From assembly GCA_030612265.1 (NCBI GenBank), contig JAUWOE010000037.1:1-21848 (forward strand): a stretch of DNA of 21,848 bases. The letters run 5' to 3'. A program made the position numbers and the translations under genes. Under the pieces are notes generated by a model that saw nothing but the letters and a program-made list of their open reading frames with translations, was not told the origin of the DNA and made no database searches. Positions 7,920-15,093 of the stretch are shown piece by piece (positions within the stretch are counted from its first letter, which is position 1; each line of letters begins with the position of its first letter). The stretch is from Promethearchaeum sp. (GTDB lineage Archaea; Asgardarchaeota; Lokiarchaeia; Sigyniarchaeales; Promethearchaeaceae).

Positions 7920-9413
7920 ATGAATAATATCAATAGTGAAAGTAAAATTGAAGAAAAACCTAAAGAATCATCTTTGGAAGATAAATTAGTAAATAAATTC
8001 AAACATGGGTGGGAGATATTTAACGATGAGCAAAAAAAAAAAACTTTGAAACTCGCGGATGAATATTTAGATTTTTTGAAGAATGCACGAACAGAACGAG
8101 AAAGAACCGCTTGGACAATTAAGATAGCTGAAAAAAACAGGTTTAAAAGAGTAGAAATTGGTAAAAACATAAATATTTTGAAACCTGGTGAGAAAATCTA
8201 TTATGTAAATAGAGAAAAGAATGTTGCTATGGTTGTGATAGGTGAAAAATCAATAATAGAAAAAAATCACCATATCGGATCTCATATTGATACTCCAAGA
8301 CTCGATTTAAAGATGCGTCCATTATATGAAGATGAAAAATCATCTCTAGCGCTTTTTAAAACTCATTATTATGGTGGGATAAAAAAATACCAATGGGCTA
8401 CCATTCCATTACATCTAACCGGTTTAATTGTAAAAAAAGATGGAACTAAAATCCCGATTGACATTGGAAAGAATCCCGATGACCCTGTTTTTACAATTCC
8501 AGATATTTTACCCCATTTATCCAAAAATGTTCAGAATAAAAGAAAAACGCCTGAGGTATTAAAAGGAGAAGAATTAAATATTCTCGCTGGTGCACTTCCA
8601 ATTGATGAAAATAATAAAAATAATAAAGATGCAAAAGGGGCTAAAGAAAAATTCAAAATTAACGTATTAAAGATTTTAAACGAAAAATACGGGATTACTG
8701 AAGCAGATCTTCAATCCGCCGAATTAAATTTGGTTTCTGGCCTTCCTCCAAGATACGTTGGATTGGATAAAAGCATGATAGGGGCTGCTGGTCATGATGA
8801 TGGTGTATGTTCATGGACAGGGATAAGATCTTTGATAGATATCAAAGGAATCCCAAAAAATACAGCTATTATGTCAATTTTTGATAAGGAAGAAATTGGT
8901 AGCAACGGTAATACAGGGGCTCAATCGGCATGGATTCGTTTTGTAATGAATGATATAATGGTTAGAACCGGAATACCTGAAACATTAACTAATCTCCATT
9001 TAACTCTAACAAATACGCTAATGTTATCTGCTGATGTCGGTTCTGCAATAAATCCGAACTTTCCATCAGTCCACGACCCCCTTAATGCTGCCGTATTAGG
9101 AAAAGGGATACTTATTGAGAAATATACAGGAGGAGGAGGTAAATATGGCGCAAGTGATGTTCTTGCAGAGGTAATGGCCTATATCAGAAAAATATTTGAT
9201 GAAAAAACAGTTCCTTATCAAATTGTTGAACTTGGGAAAGTAGATGAAGGCGGAGGTGGAACTATCGCTAAATATTTCGCAGAATCATTTAATTGTGATG
9301 TTGTTGATGCCGGAACACCTGTAATTAACATGCATAGCCCATATGAAATAGTTCATATTGCAGATATATACTCGACGTATTTAGCTTATAAAACATTTTT
9401 TGAAGCGGATTAA
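7920..9413 (+). CDS. M18-family aminopeptidase (aspartyl aminopeptidase / aminopeptidase 1 type)
   Basis: 497-aa ORF with ATG start. 'IGSHIDTPRLDLK' (HxD metal ligands), 'GHDDGVCSW', 'FDKEEIGSNG' (EE pair) and 'NMHSPYEI' match the recalled M18 consensus (aHtDSP.l.lK / fD.EEvGS / mHS.rE). Confidence 0.85.
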   Translation: MNNINSESKIEEKPKESSLEDKLVNKFKHGWEIFNDEQKKKTLKLADEYLDFLKNARTERERTAWTIKIAEKNRFKRVEIGKNINILKPGEKIYYVNREKNVAMVVIGEKSIIEKNHHIGSHIDTPRLDLKMRPLYEDEKSSLALFKTHYYGGIKKYQWATIPLHLTGLIVKKDGTKIPIDIGKNPDDPVFTIPDILPHLSKNVQNKRKTPEVLKGEELNILAGALPIDENNKNNKDAKGAKEKFKINVLKILNEKYGITEADLQSAELNLVSGLPPRYVGLDKSMIGAAGHDDGVCSWTGIRSLIDIKGIPKNTAIMSIFDKEEIGSNGNTGAQSAWIRFVMNDIMVRTGIPETLTNLHLTLTNTLMLSADVGSAINPNFPSVHDPLNAAVLGKGILIEKYTGGGGKYGASDVLAEVMAYIRKIFDEKTVPYQIVELGKVDEGGGGTIAKYFAESFNCDVVDAGTPVINMHSPYEIVHIADIYSTYLAYKTFFEAD

Positions 9414-9415
9414 TA

Positions 9416-9442
9416 ATATTGGAACACTCCAATATCTTTTTT
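9416..9442 (+). terminator. Hairpin plus T6 tract downstream of the aminopeptidase gene
   Basis: A perfect 8-bp stem ATATTGGA / TCCAATAT with a 4-nt loop ACAC (9416-9435) starts 3 nt after the stop codon. It is followed by C-TTTTTT (9437-9442). Confidence 0.45.
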
Positions 9443-9501
9443 CCTTTCATTAATAAAATTTATTTTTTTTAAAAACTTATATTAGTAAAAAACTCAAAAA
9501 G

Positions 9502-9574
9502 GCCAGTGTGGCTTAGAGGCTATAGCGCATGATTCGTAATCATGATGCCGCGAGTTCAATTCTCGCCATTGGCT
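9502..9574 (+). tRNA. tRNA-Thr (anticodon CGU), no intron, CCA not encoded
   Basis: Hand-folded cloverleaf of 73 nt. Acceptor is GCCAGTG/CATTGGC (one G-T pair) and the D arm is GCTT..TAGC with GG in the loop. Anticodon stem CATGA/TCATG carries loop TTCGTAA, the variable region is ATGCC, and T stem GCGAG/CTCGC carries loop TTCAATT. The discriminator is T. Confidence 0.9.
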
Positions 9575-9588
9575 TTAAATTTCAAGGG

Positions 9589-10071
9589 ATGAAACAAATG
9601 CAGATGTCTACTCACTTTCTTATTGGAATTTTGATTGCAAAATTATTTTCCTACATACCGCCAACTTTTCCGATTGCAGTGACAATAATATTAATTGCTG
9701 TTTTGGCAGTGATTGCTCATTATTTATTAGATTGTATTGCAATTTCAACATATCACCCATATAAAGCACATTGGGACGATAATTTCTTCAAAATTTTCCA
9801 TATATTATATACTTATGGACTAAGTGTCTTTATTTTCATTTGGTTCTTTAAAGATTATTGGTGGGTTATGCTTTTCTCCATTTTACCAGATATTATTGAT
9901 TGGTACATTTTAAGGTTGATTTTCCATAAAGAAGCCCTCGTTCATCCAAGCATCGATAGAGTGAGAGATGCGCTTTTTTCATGGCTTCCAGATTTAAAAG
10001 AAAAGAAATGGGCAATTATAAATGAATTCATCTTAGCGGGTGCCAGTGGAATAAGTATAATTCTTTTGTAA
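9589..10071 (+). CDS. Small polytopic membrane protein, possibly YdjM/DUF457-like membrane-bound metal-dependent hydrolase
   Basis: The track ORF begins at 9529 inside tRNA-Thr. The first plausible start is ATG 9589 (MKQMQMSTHF...), with alternatives at 9598 and 9604. It has 4-5 hydrophobic helices. 'THF', 'HYLLD' and 'LPDIIDW' resemble the His/Asp pattern recalled for DUF457, which is unverified. Confidence 0.5.
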   Translation: MKQMQMSTHFLIGILIAKLFSYIPPTFPIAVTIILIAVLAVIAHYLLDCIAISTYHPYKAHWDDNFFKIFHILYTYGLSVFIFIWFFKDYWWVMLFSILPDIIDWYILRLIFHKEALVHPSIDRVRDALFSWLPDLKEKKWAIINEFILAGASGISIILL

Positions 10072-10129
10072 CAAAAAATATTGAGAAGAATAAAGAATAA
10101 AAAACAAATTTAACACGGTAACAAAAAAA

Positions 10130-10534
10130 ATGAATGAAACAGATAAAATTATTATTCGGAATTTTGAACCTGTGAAAGTTAAAGGTGAATTATATGGAAA
10201 CATAGTAGAGTTTAACAAGGCTAAGCGATATGTTAAATTCACCTCACAATACCATCAACCTGATTTTATTCATTACGATCAAATTGAAAAAATGATTATA
10301 AAATTTGATAATAAGAGAAAATTGTTATGGTTGGGAATCGCCACATTAATACTTTTCTTTGGAATATTCATTCTTCTTGTGAGGATTCGGTTGCCGCAAT
10401 GGAAAATCTCAATTTTTATGAAAAAAAGGAAGAAACTCATAGTAATTCGGGCGCGATTAGAGGATAATGAGGCTTCAAATCTTGCTAATTTCTGTGCAAA
10501 TCAATTCCAGACAATCTTAGATATTCCAAATTAA
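10130..10534 (+). CDS. Hypothetical single-pass membrane protein
   Basis: 134-aa ORF with ATG start. One central hydrophobic helix 'LLWLGIATLILFFGIFILLV' is flanked by basic residues. I recognise no motif. Confidence 0.45.
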   Translation: MNETDKIIIRNFEPVKVKGELYGNIVEFNKAKRYVKFTSQYHQPDFIHYDQIEKMIIKFDNKRKLLWLGIATLILFFGIFILLVRIRLPQWKISIFMKKRKKLIVIRARLEDNEASNLANFCANQFQTILDIPN

Positions 10535-10680
10535 TATTTAAAGATTGAAAAAGAGAAAAGGGAGAAAGAAATGGAAATGGAATTTCTTAAGGAATCAGGA
10601 TTCGAGGAATTTGGATATTTTATGCAAAAAAATCTTGAATAAATGGCTTTCTTGAAATTAATCTACAAAATCATAAAAAG

Positions 10681-10796
10681 TGTAGGGAGCGAGATTCGAA
10701 CTCGCGATTCACTAAGAACTGGAGCCTCGGTCCAGCGCCGTTTCGACCAATTTTGGTATAACACCAAAAATGTAGACCATGCTTGGCTATCCCTAC
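10681..10796 (-). tRNA. tRNA-Leu (anticodon GAG), class II, with ~30-nt insertion (non-canonical intron) in the D-loop
   Basis: The minus strand reads GTAGGGA-TA-GCCAAGCATGGTC[TACATTTTTGGTGTTATACCAAAATTGGTC]GAAACGGC-G-CTGGA-CCGAGGC-TCCAG-TTCTTAGTGAATC-GCGAG-TTCGAAT-CTCGC-TCCCTAC-A. It has a 7-bp acceptor stem, 5-bp anticodon and T stems, a long variable arm and discriminator A. With the bracketed segment (about 10745-10774) removed it is 86 nt and closely parallels a recalled haloarchaeal tRNA-Leu (..UAGCCAAGUCAGGAAAACGGCG..GCGAGUUCGAAUCUCG..). Confidence 0.8.
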
Positions 10797-10848
10797 AGAA
10801 AAATCTATGATCTAACAAATCATCCATAAAAAATAAATTTATCCATCT

Positions 10849-12759
10849 TTAATTTGATTCGGTTTTTTCCACAATTTTCTGAATTTCAATTTCTTGGAAA
10901 ATCATAATCAAACCATTGAAGATTAGAATTATGCCAGATGTAATGAAAACAATGAAAAATAGGATTTTTAGAAATCCCGTGTCTTGCTGGAGGATAAGTA
11001 TAGAAGATAATGCGATAATTTCGTTCGATATTAAAGCCCCATAAATTAGTAGAACCAAACCAATAAATATTAAAATACTCGCACAAACAAAATTGAATCT
11101 TCTTGCGATTATTTCCTCTTTTTCGGAATGGTGTGTAACTCCACCGATTACTATAGTTTTTTCATCTTTTAGGAGTTTCGGTAAAATCCGTCGAATTGTT
11201 AAGAGATTGAAGATTAAAGACACAATCCCTATACATCCTATCAAATAGATTGAAACCTTAAAGAAGAGTAGGCTTGAGCCATTAAATGAAGCATCAATGG
11301 ATAAAATACTCCATAATAAGATTAAAATAATACTGACTCCGAATTTACTTCCATTCAATAATAATAATAAATGAGTTCGCCTGGCAATTCGGAATAGGTA
11401 ATAGATTATTCCCAGTAGGATTAAGACGATTCCAACTATGACTCCCAAAAATCCGATTGTTGTGATAAACATGGAAAAAATTAAGATAAGACTTGCTATT
11501 ATTGCAATAATGGGTAAAAACGGAAAAAGTGGAATCTTCCAAGGGCGAATAAGATTTGAACGAGTTTTTCTGAGAATAATGTGAGATAAAGATAAGATTA
11601 CCATGGATAATAAAAAGATAAAGTTACCAATCTCGGATATCAAATTGATGTCAGCAATAAATGTAATTATAATAATAAGAATAAAAGAAAAACCCATAGC
11701 AACCCATTGAACTTGGTTTTTATTCTTTTTCAAAAAAACTTTATCTAAAAATCCATCTCTTGACATTGAGTGTAGTAAATGGGAGGACATTTGAAATCCT
11801 GAATTAATTGAAGTCGTAGTAGCAATCATACCGATCAAACCGATAAAATATACACCGAACTGTCCAATTACAAGCCCGAAAATATCTGCTAAAGGCGCAT
11901 CTGATTGATTTAAAATAATAGAATTCCAAGATTCTGAGGAAGTACTTCCAAGATTTATAATAGCCACAAAACTAACTAACCAATAAATTACTACAGCAAT
12001 TATTATCGAAATTAGATAGACTCGTGGAATAGTTTTTCTAGGTCGCTTTATCTCATCAAATTTAGTAGTTAGTGATTCAAAAGTAGAGTTCCATTCGTAA
12101 ACACAGAAAATCACAAATGAATATGCTGCGGTTGATAATATAGGGCCAATTTCCATTTTTTCCTGAAAAATTTCAAATCCAAAGTCTTTATTCAAAGAAC
12201 TTCCAAGAGCACCTCCTAATACAATAAAGGTAATAAACCCAATTATAAGAATGTATGTTAGAATCTTCATTATTTGATTAAGTTTTTTTGGCAAATATAT
12301 TTTTAATATAAGGAAGAAAAGGAGGACGGCAAAAGCGATAATAGAAACCGTAGTTGAGTTCGAATATTGAACCGGTAGAAACACAGTCAGAGATAAAGCA
12401 AATCCAATACCTGATAATGCAGTAAATAATAAATTTCCAATCCACATTCCCCAACCGATTAAAAATCCCGAAAGACCGCCAATAGCTTCCTTCGAAAAAC
12501 TATAACCCCCACCTGCGATTGGTAAAGACAAAGCTAATTCACTATATATCATTATAAATAAGATCATTAAAAGTCCGCTAAGGATCAATGATATTAGCAA
12601 TCCAGAACTAGCTTTGAATATTAAAATCCCCAATATAGCAAAAATTGGGCCCCCGATTGTTCCACCGAGAGCTTGCGAAAGCATTTTCAACAATCCAATT
12701 TTCTTCTGTTTCTTCTTTATAGGGGTTACTGAAGGCTCTATTTCTTCATCAATTGCCAT
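10849..12759 (-). CDS. APC-superfamily amino acid/polyamine permease with extra C-terminal TM helices
   Basis: 636-aa ORF with ATG start, hydrophobic throughout. The N-terminal 'LSQALGGTIGGPIFAILG' and 'LPIAGGGYSFSKEAIG' are typical of APC TM1/TM3 regions. The ~170-aa C-terminal extension adds about 4-5 more helices. Confidence 0.8.
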   Translation of the reverse strand: MAIDEEIEPSVTPIKKKQKKIGLLKMLSQALGGTIGGPIFAILGILIFKASSGLLISLILSGLLMILFIMIYSELALSLPIAGGGYSFSKEAIGGLSGFLIGWGMWIGNLLFTALSGIGFALSLTVFLPVQYSNSTTVSIIAFAVLLFFLILKIYLPKKLNQIMKILTYILIIGFITFIVLGGALGSSLNKDFGFEIFQEKMEIGPILSTAAYSFVIFCVYEWNSTFESLTTKFDEIKRPRKTIPRVYLISIIIAVVIYWLVSFVAIINLGSTSSESWNSIILNQSDAPLADIFGLVIGQFGVYFIGLIGMIATTTSINSGFQMSSHLLHSMSRDGFLDKVFLKKNKNQVQWVAMGFSFILIIIITFIADINLISEIGNFIFLLSMVILSLSHIILRKTRSNLIRPWKIPLFPFLPIIAIIASLILIFSMFITTIGFLGVIVGIVLILLGIIYYLFRIARRTHLLLLLNGSKFGVSIILILLWSILSIDASFNGSSLLFFKVSIYLIGCIGIVSLIFNLLTIRRILPKLLKDEKTIVIGGVTHHSEKEEIIARRFNFVCASILIFIGLVLLIYGALISNEIIALSSILILQQDTGFLKILFFIVFITSGIILIFNGLIMIFQEIEIQKIVEKTESN

Positions 12760-12761
12760 AG

Positions 12762-12781
12762 CTAATCTTACCTAATCTTAC
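12762..12781. repeat. Perfect tandem duplication CTAATCTTAC x2 in the divergent permease/ORF167 intergenic region
   Basis: CTAATCTTAC occurs at 12762-12771 and again at 12772-12781, starting 3 nt upstream of the permease ATG in the minus-strand sense. On the minus strand it reads GTAAGATTAG-GTAAGATTAG-C-T-ATG. Confidence 0.8.
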
Positions 12782-12818
12782 TGATCATTTTATTTCTTAA
12801 AAATCATGATTAAATATT

Positions 12819-13322
12819 ATGGGAAAAAAGAAATTAAAAAATGGAGATATGGAAAAAGAACTGGAACACATCGATGAAAATTCGATTACCGATGATATTC
12901 CCGATAATATTTTACTTAACGAAGATTTGGATGACCCATTACTTGATGAAATGGATGCGATTTTACATGGAAAAGTATACAAACCAAAGCCCAAACCCGA
13001 AATAACACAAAATTTAGATGATAACTCCAAAAATCAGGAATCTCCTAAAGTAATAATTCCCAATCCTCCTGAAAATGCAAAAATCACCAAACAAATTTTG
13101 AAGGAATTCACAATTTTTTTACTTAAAAAATCAAAAAGCTATGATGAAATTTCATTTCCAACGATTATTAGGAAAATTCCAAAGGATTGGCAGTTTACAG
13201 AACCGGTTTTAATTGATGCAATTGAAAAAATAATTGAAAGTAAAGGAATTTCTTCTTTTAATATGAAAATGACCGCTAGTTCCCTTAAATTCTATCCCAC
13301 CAAAAAGAAAAAAATCATATAA
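12819..13322 (+). CDS. Hypothetical protein with an acidic, probably disordered N-terminus and a lysine-rich C-terminal tail
   Basis: 167-aa ORF with ATG start. The N-terminal half is rich in D/E/P ('DDIPDNILLNEDLDDPLLDEMD', 'KPKPKPE'). The C-terminal ~70 aa look ordered and helical. The next gene follows 33 nt downstream on the same strand. Confidence 0.5.
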   Translation: MGKKKLKNGDMEKELEHIDENSITDDIPDNILLNEDLDDPLLDEMDAILHGKVYKPKPKPEITQNLDDNSKNQESPKVIIPNPPENAKITKQILKEFTIFLLKKSKSYDEISFPTIIRKIPKDWQFTEPVLIDAIEKIIESKGISSFNMKMTASSLKFYPTKKKKII

Positions 13323-13355
13323 AGCAAAGTATCTTGATTAAATAGGTAAAAAAAA

Positions 13356-13865
13356 ATGGCTATGTTATACGATGATGAGCATTTTTGCAAACATTGCAAT
13401 AAAAAAATTCTGTATGTCCATTTCTGCACCCCTGCAGAGGAATCTAAAAAATATACATGTGAATATTGTGGAACTGAAAACGTAAACCACCGTCATATGT
13501 GTTCTGAGAAATTAAAACACATCATATTCTACTGTAAAAACTGCGGAGCGGTTTCTGTTGATGAATTTCATGTATGTAATCCAGTACCCATAGAAGAAGG
13601 ATTAAAGGAACATTGGAATAAAATTGATAAAAAATCCGAGTCTTCGGTTTTGACCTCTTGCGGAGTTTGTGGACAACCCGTAGAACCCCCAGGGCACTAT
13701 TGCGATCAGAAATTTCCTTACGTTTGTGAGTATTGCGGTCAGGAAATCACTGCAGGGTATCACCACTGTAAAGAAAAATCAGGAAAATATAAATTTATAT
13801 GTAAAACTTGTGGTCGATTAGGTGTTAAATCAATAGATGTTTGCGCACCGGCCCCTATCGATTAA
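13356..13865 (+). CDS. Cysteine/histidine-rich protein built from six tandem CxxC-x7/8-(H/D)xC putative zinc-binding modules
   Basis: 169-aa ORF with ATG start. Module ligand residues are C11/C14/H22/C24, C35/C38/H47/C49, C60/C63/H72/C74, C102/C105/H114/C116, C124/C127/H136/C138 and C149/C152/D161/C163. Five of six first knuckles are rubredoxin-like 'CxxCG'. Confidence 0.7.
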   Translation: MAMLYDDEHFCKHCNKKILYVHFCTPAEESKKYTCEYCGTENVNHRHMCSEKLKHIIFYCKNCGAVSVDEFHVCNPVPIEEGLKEHWNKIDKKSESSVLTSCGVCGQPVEPPGHYCDQKFPYVCEYCGQEITAGYHHCKEKSGKYKFICKTCGRLGVKSIDVCAPAPID

Positions 13866-13872
13866 TTCACGA

Positions 13873-13879
13873 TTTTTTT
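13873..13879 (+). terminator. Oligo-T (T7) tract after the Cys-rich gene
   Basis: TTTTTTT lies 8 nt after stop codon 13863-13865, with a further T5 at 13885-13889. Confidence 0.35.
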
Positions 13880-14125
13880 AATTGTTTTTGGTTGATTTAT
13901 TCTACTCTGGCATCAGTTACCCTAGGATTATCATCATCGGTTCAAAAAAAAACCTAAGTCTTCCTCTAAAAATATCATCATTTGCAAGAAAAAATATCTT
14001 TCACAAATGAAAAATTTTGTTATTTTAAATTTGATAAAGTGAAAGAGATAAAAAAGGTTTTAAAATGGTAAAATCAAAAGTTAAATCAATTAAAATTTCG
14101 AATAAATAGAACGGGTTTAAAAAAA

Positions 14126-15082
14126 ATGGTAACAATTGCAGATGGACGGTATGAATTACCAGAAAAGCTCCTATATTCTTCACAACATGTTTATTTAGAT
14201 AAAAGCAAGAAGTTAGTTGGCTTAGATCAAATTGGTTACGCATATTTATCTAATCCGACTGAATTTAAAATCCTTGTTGAAGAAAATGTAAAAATGAATG
14301 AACCAATTGCGGCTATCACTACAGATAGAGGAATTACAACTTTATATTCACCATGTACGGGAAAAATTAAAACGATAAACCAAAATTCTTTAAAAGATAT
14401 GGAGTTGGATACATATACTAAAGGTTATGTTTTAGAATTTGATTCGATTACTGAAGTAGATCCAACACTAATCACTGGAGAAAAGGTTGAACAATGGGCC
14501 AATCACGAAGTTAAAACTTTACTCAAAAATGAATATTCGTTTAAAATAATCGAGATAGGGGATTCAGCAGCCGGAAAAACAGCAATTAAAGTTAGATTCA
14601 CCGATGACTATTTTAAGCATGATTTAAAAACAACTTTGGGAGTAGATTTCGGATCGAAAGAGTTAAAACTTGAATACTTAGCAGATGATACACTATTTTC
14701 AGGTGTCTATCGTTTTACAGCAAAAATGAACGTTTGGGACGCGGCTGGCCAAGCGCACTACGATCAAATCCGAGGAATGTATTACAGAGATGCTAAGGGA
14801 GCACTACTTTGTTTCGATATAAATAATCCTGTCTCATTTCAGAATCTTGACAAATGGGTGGAAGATCTTGATGAGAACGTAGGACGCAAGGTTCCAGTAT
14901 TGCTTGTGGGCAATAAACTCGATTTGGAACGACGAGTGAAGTTTGATGATGCAAAGAAGTATGCTGAAGAGCGTAGATTCATTGGATATGTGGAATGCTC
15001 AGCTAAAACGGGAGTAGGAATTCAAGATGCATTTGTGAAGTTAGCTCTTGAAATTTATAAGAAAGAAGAAGGGTTAAACTAA
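14126..15082 (+). CDS. Two-domain protein: N-terminal glycine-cleavage-H-like (lipoyl-domain fold, Lys->Arg) domain fused to a Rab/Ras-like small GTPase
   Basis: 318-aa ORF with ATG start. The GTPase half has G1 'GDSAAGKT', switch I 'TLGVDF', G3 'WDAAGQ', 'YYRDAKGALLCFDI', G4 'GNKLDL' and G5 'CSAKTG'. The N-terminal ~125 aa align by eye with GcvH ('LPEKLLYSSQHVYL', 'AAITTDRGITTLYSPCTGKI', 'YTKGYVLEF'). Confidence 0.85.
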   Translation: MVTIADGRYELPEKLLYSSQHVYLDKSKKLVGLDQIGYAYLSNPTEFKILVEENVKMNEPIAAITTDRGITTLYSPCTGKIKTINQNSLKDMELDTYTKGYVLEFDSITEVDPTLITGEKVEQWANHEVKTLLKNEYSFKIIEIGDSAAGKTAIKVRFTDDYFKHDLKTTLGVDFGSKELKLEYLADDTLFSGVYRFTAKMNVWDAAGQAHYDQIRGMYYRDAKGALLCFDINNPVSFQNLDKWVEDLDENVGRKVPVLLVGNKLDLERRVKFDDAKKYAEERRFIGYVECSAKTGVGIQDAFVKLALEIYKKEEGLN

Positions 15083-15093
15083 GTTTTAACAAA

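Noticed and set aside
9529-9588. The N-terminal 20 codons of the track ORF 9529..10071.
   Set aside because: They overlap the tRNA-Thr body on the same strand and translate tRNA sequence ('MIRNHDAASSILAIGFKFQG'). The start was moved to ATG 9589.
10571-10642. A 23-codon ORF (MEMEFLKESGFEEFGYFMQKNLE) after a purine-rich GGGAG stretch in the ORF134/tRNA-Leu spacer.
   Set aside because: It is too short to support from sequence alone, and no motif is recognisable. It could be tested by conservation or ribosome profiling.
9502-10796. A tRNA-bounded integrated element between tRNA-Thr and tRNA-Leu.
   Set aside because: There is no integrase or recombinase, and no direct repeat of either tRNA 3' end. 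The interval holds only two small membrane-protein ORFs.
14065-14109. A 14-codon upstream ORF (MVKSKVKSIKISNK) whose start context GGTTTTAAAATGGTAA near-duplicates the GTPase start context GGTTTAAAAAAAATGGTAA 60 nt downstream.
   Set aside because: The similarity is short, A/T-rich and plausibly due to chance. The ORF is out of frame with the GTPase gene and has no other support.
12819-15082. ORF167, the Cys-rich protein and the GcvH-Rab GTPase as one operon or system.
   Set aside because: A T7 tract directly follows the Cys-rich gene. A 260-bp AT-rich spacer with its own TATA-like sequences precedes the GTPase gene. Only ORF167 and the Cys-rich gene (33-nt spacer) look co-transcribed, and a functional link to the GTPase is unsupported.
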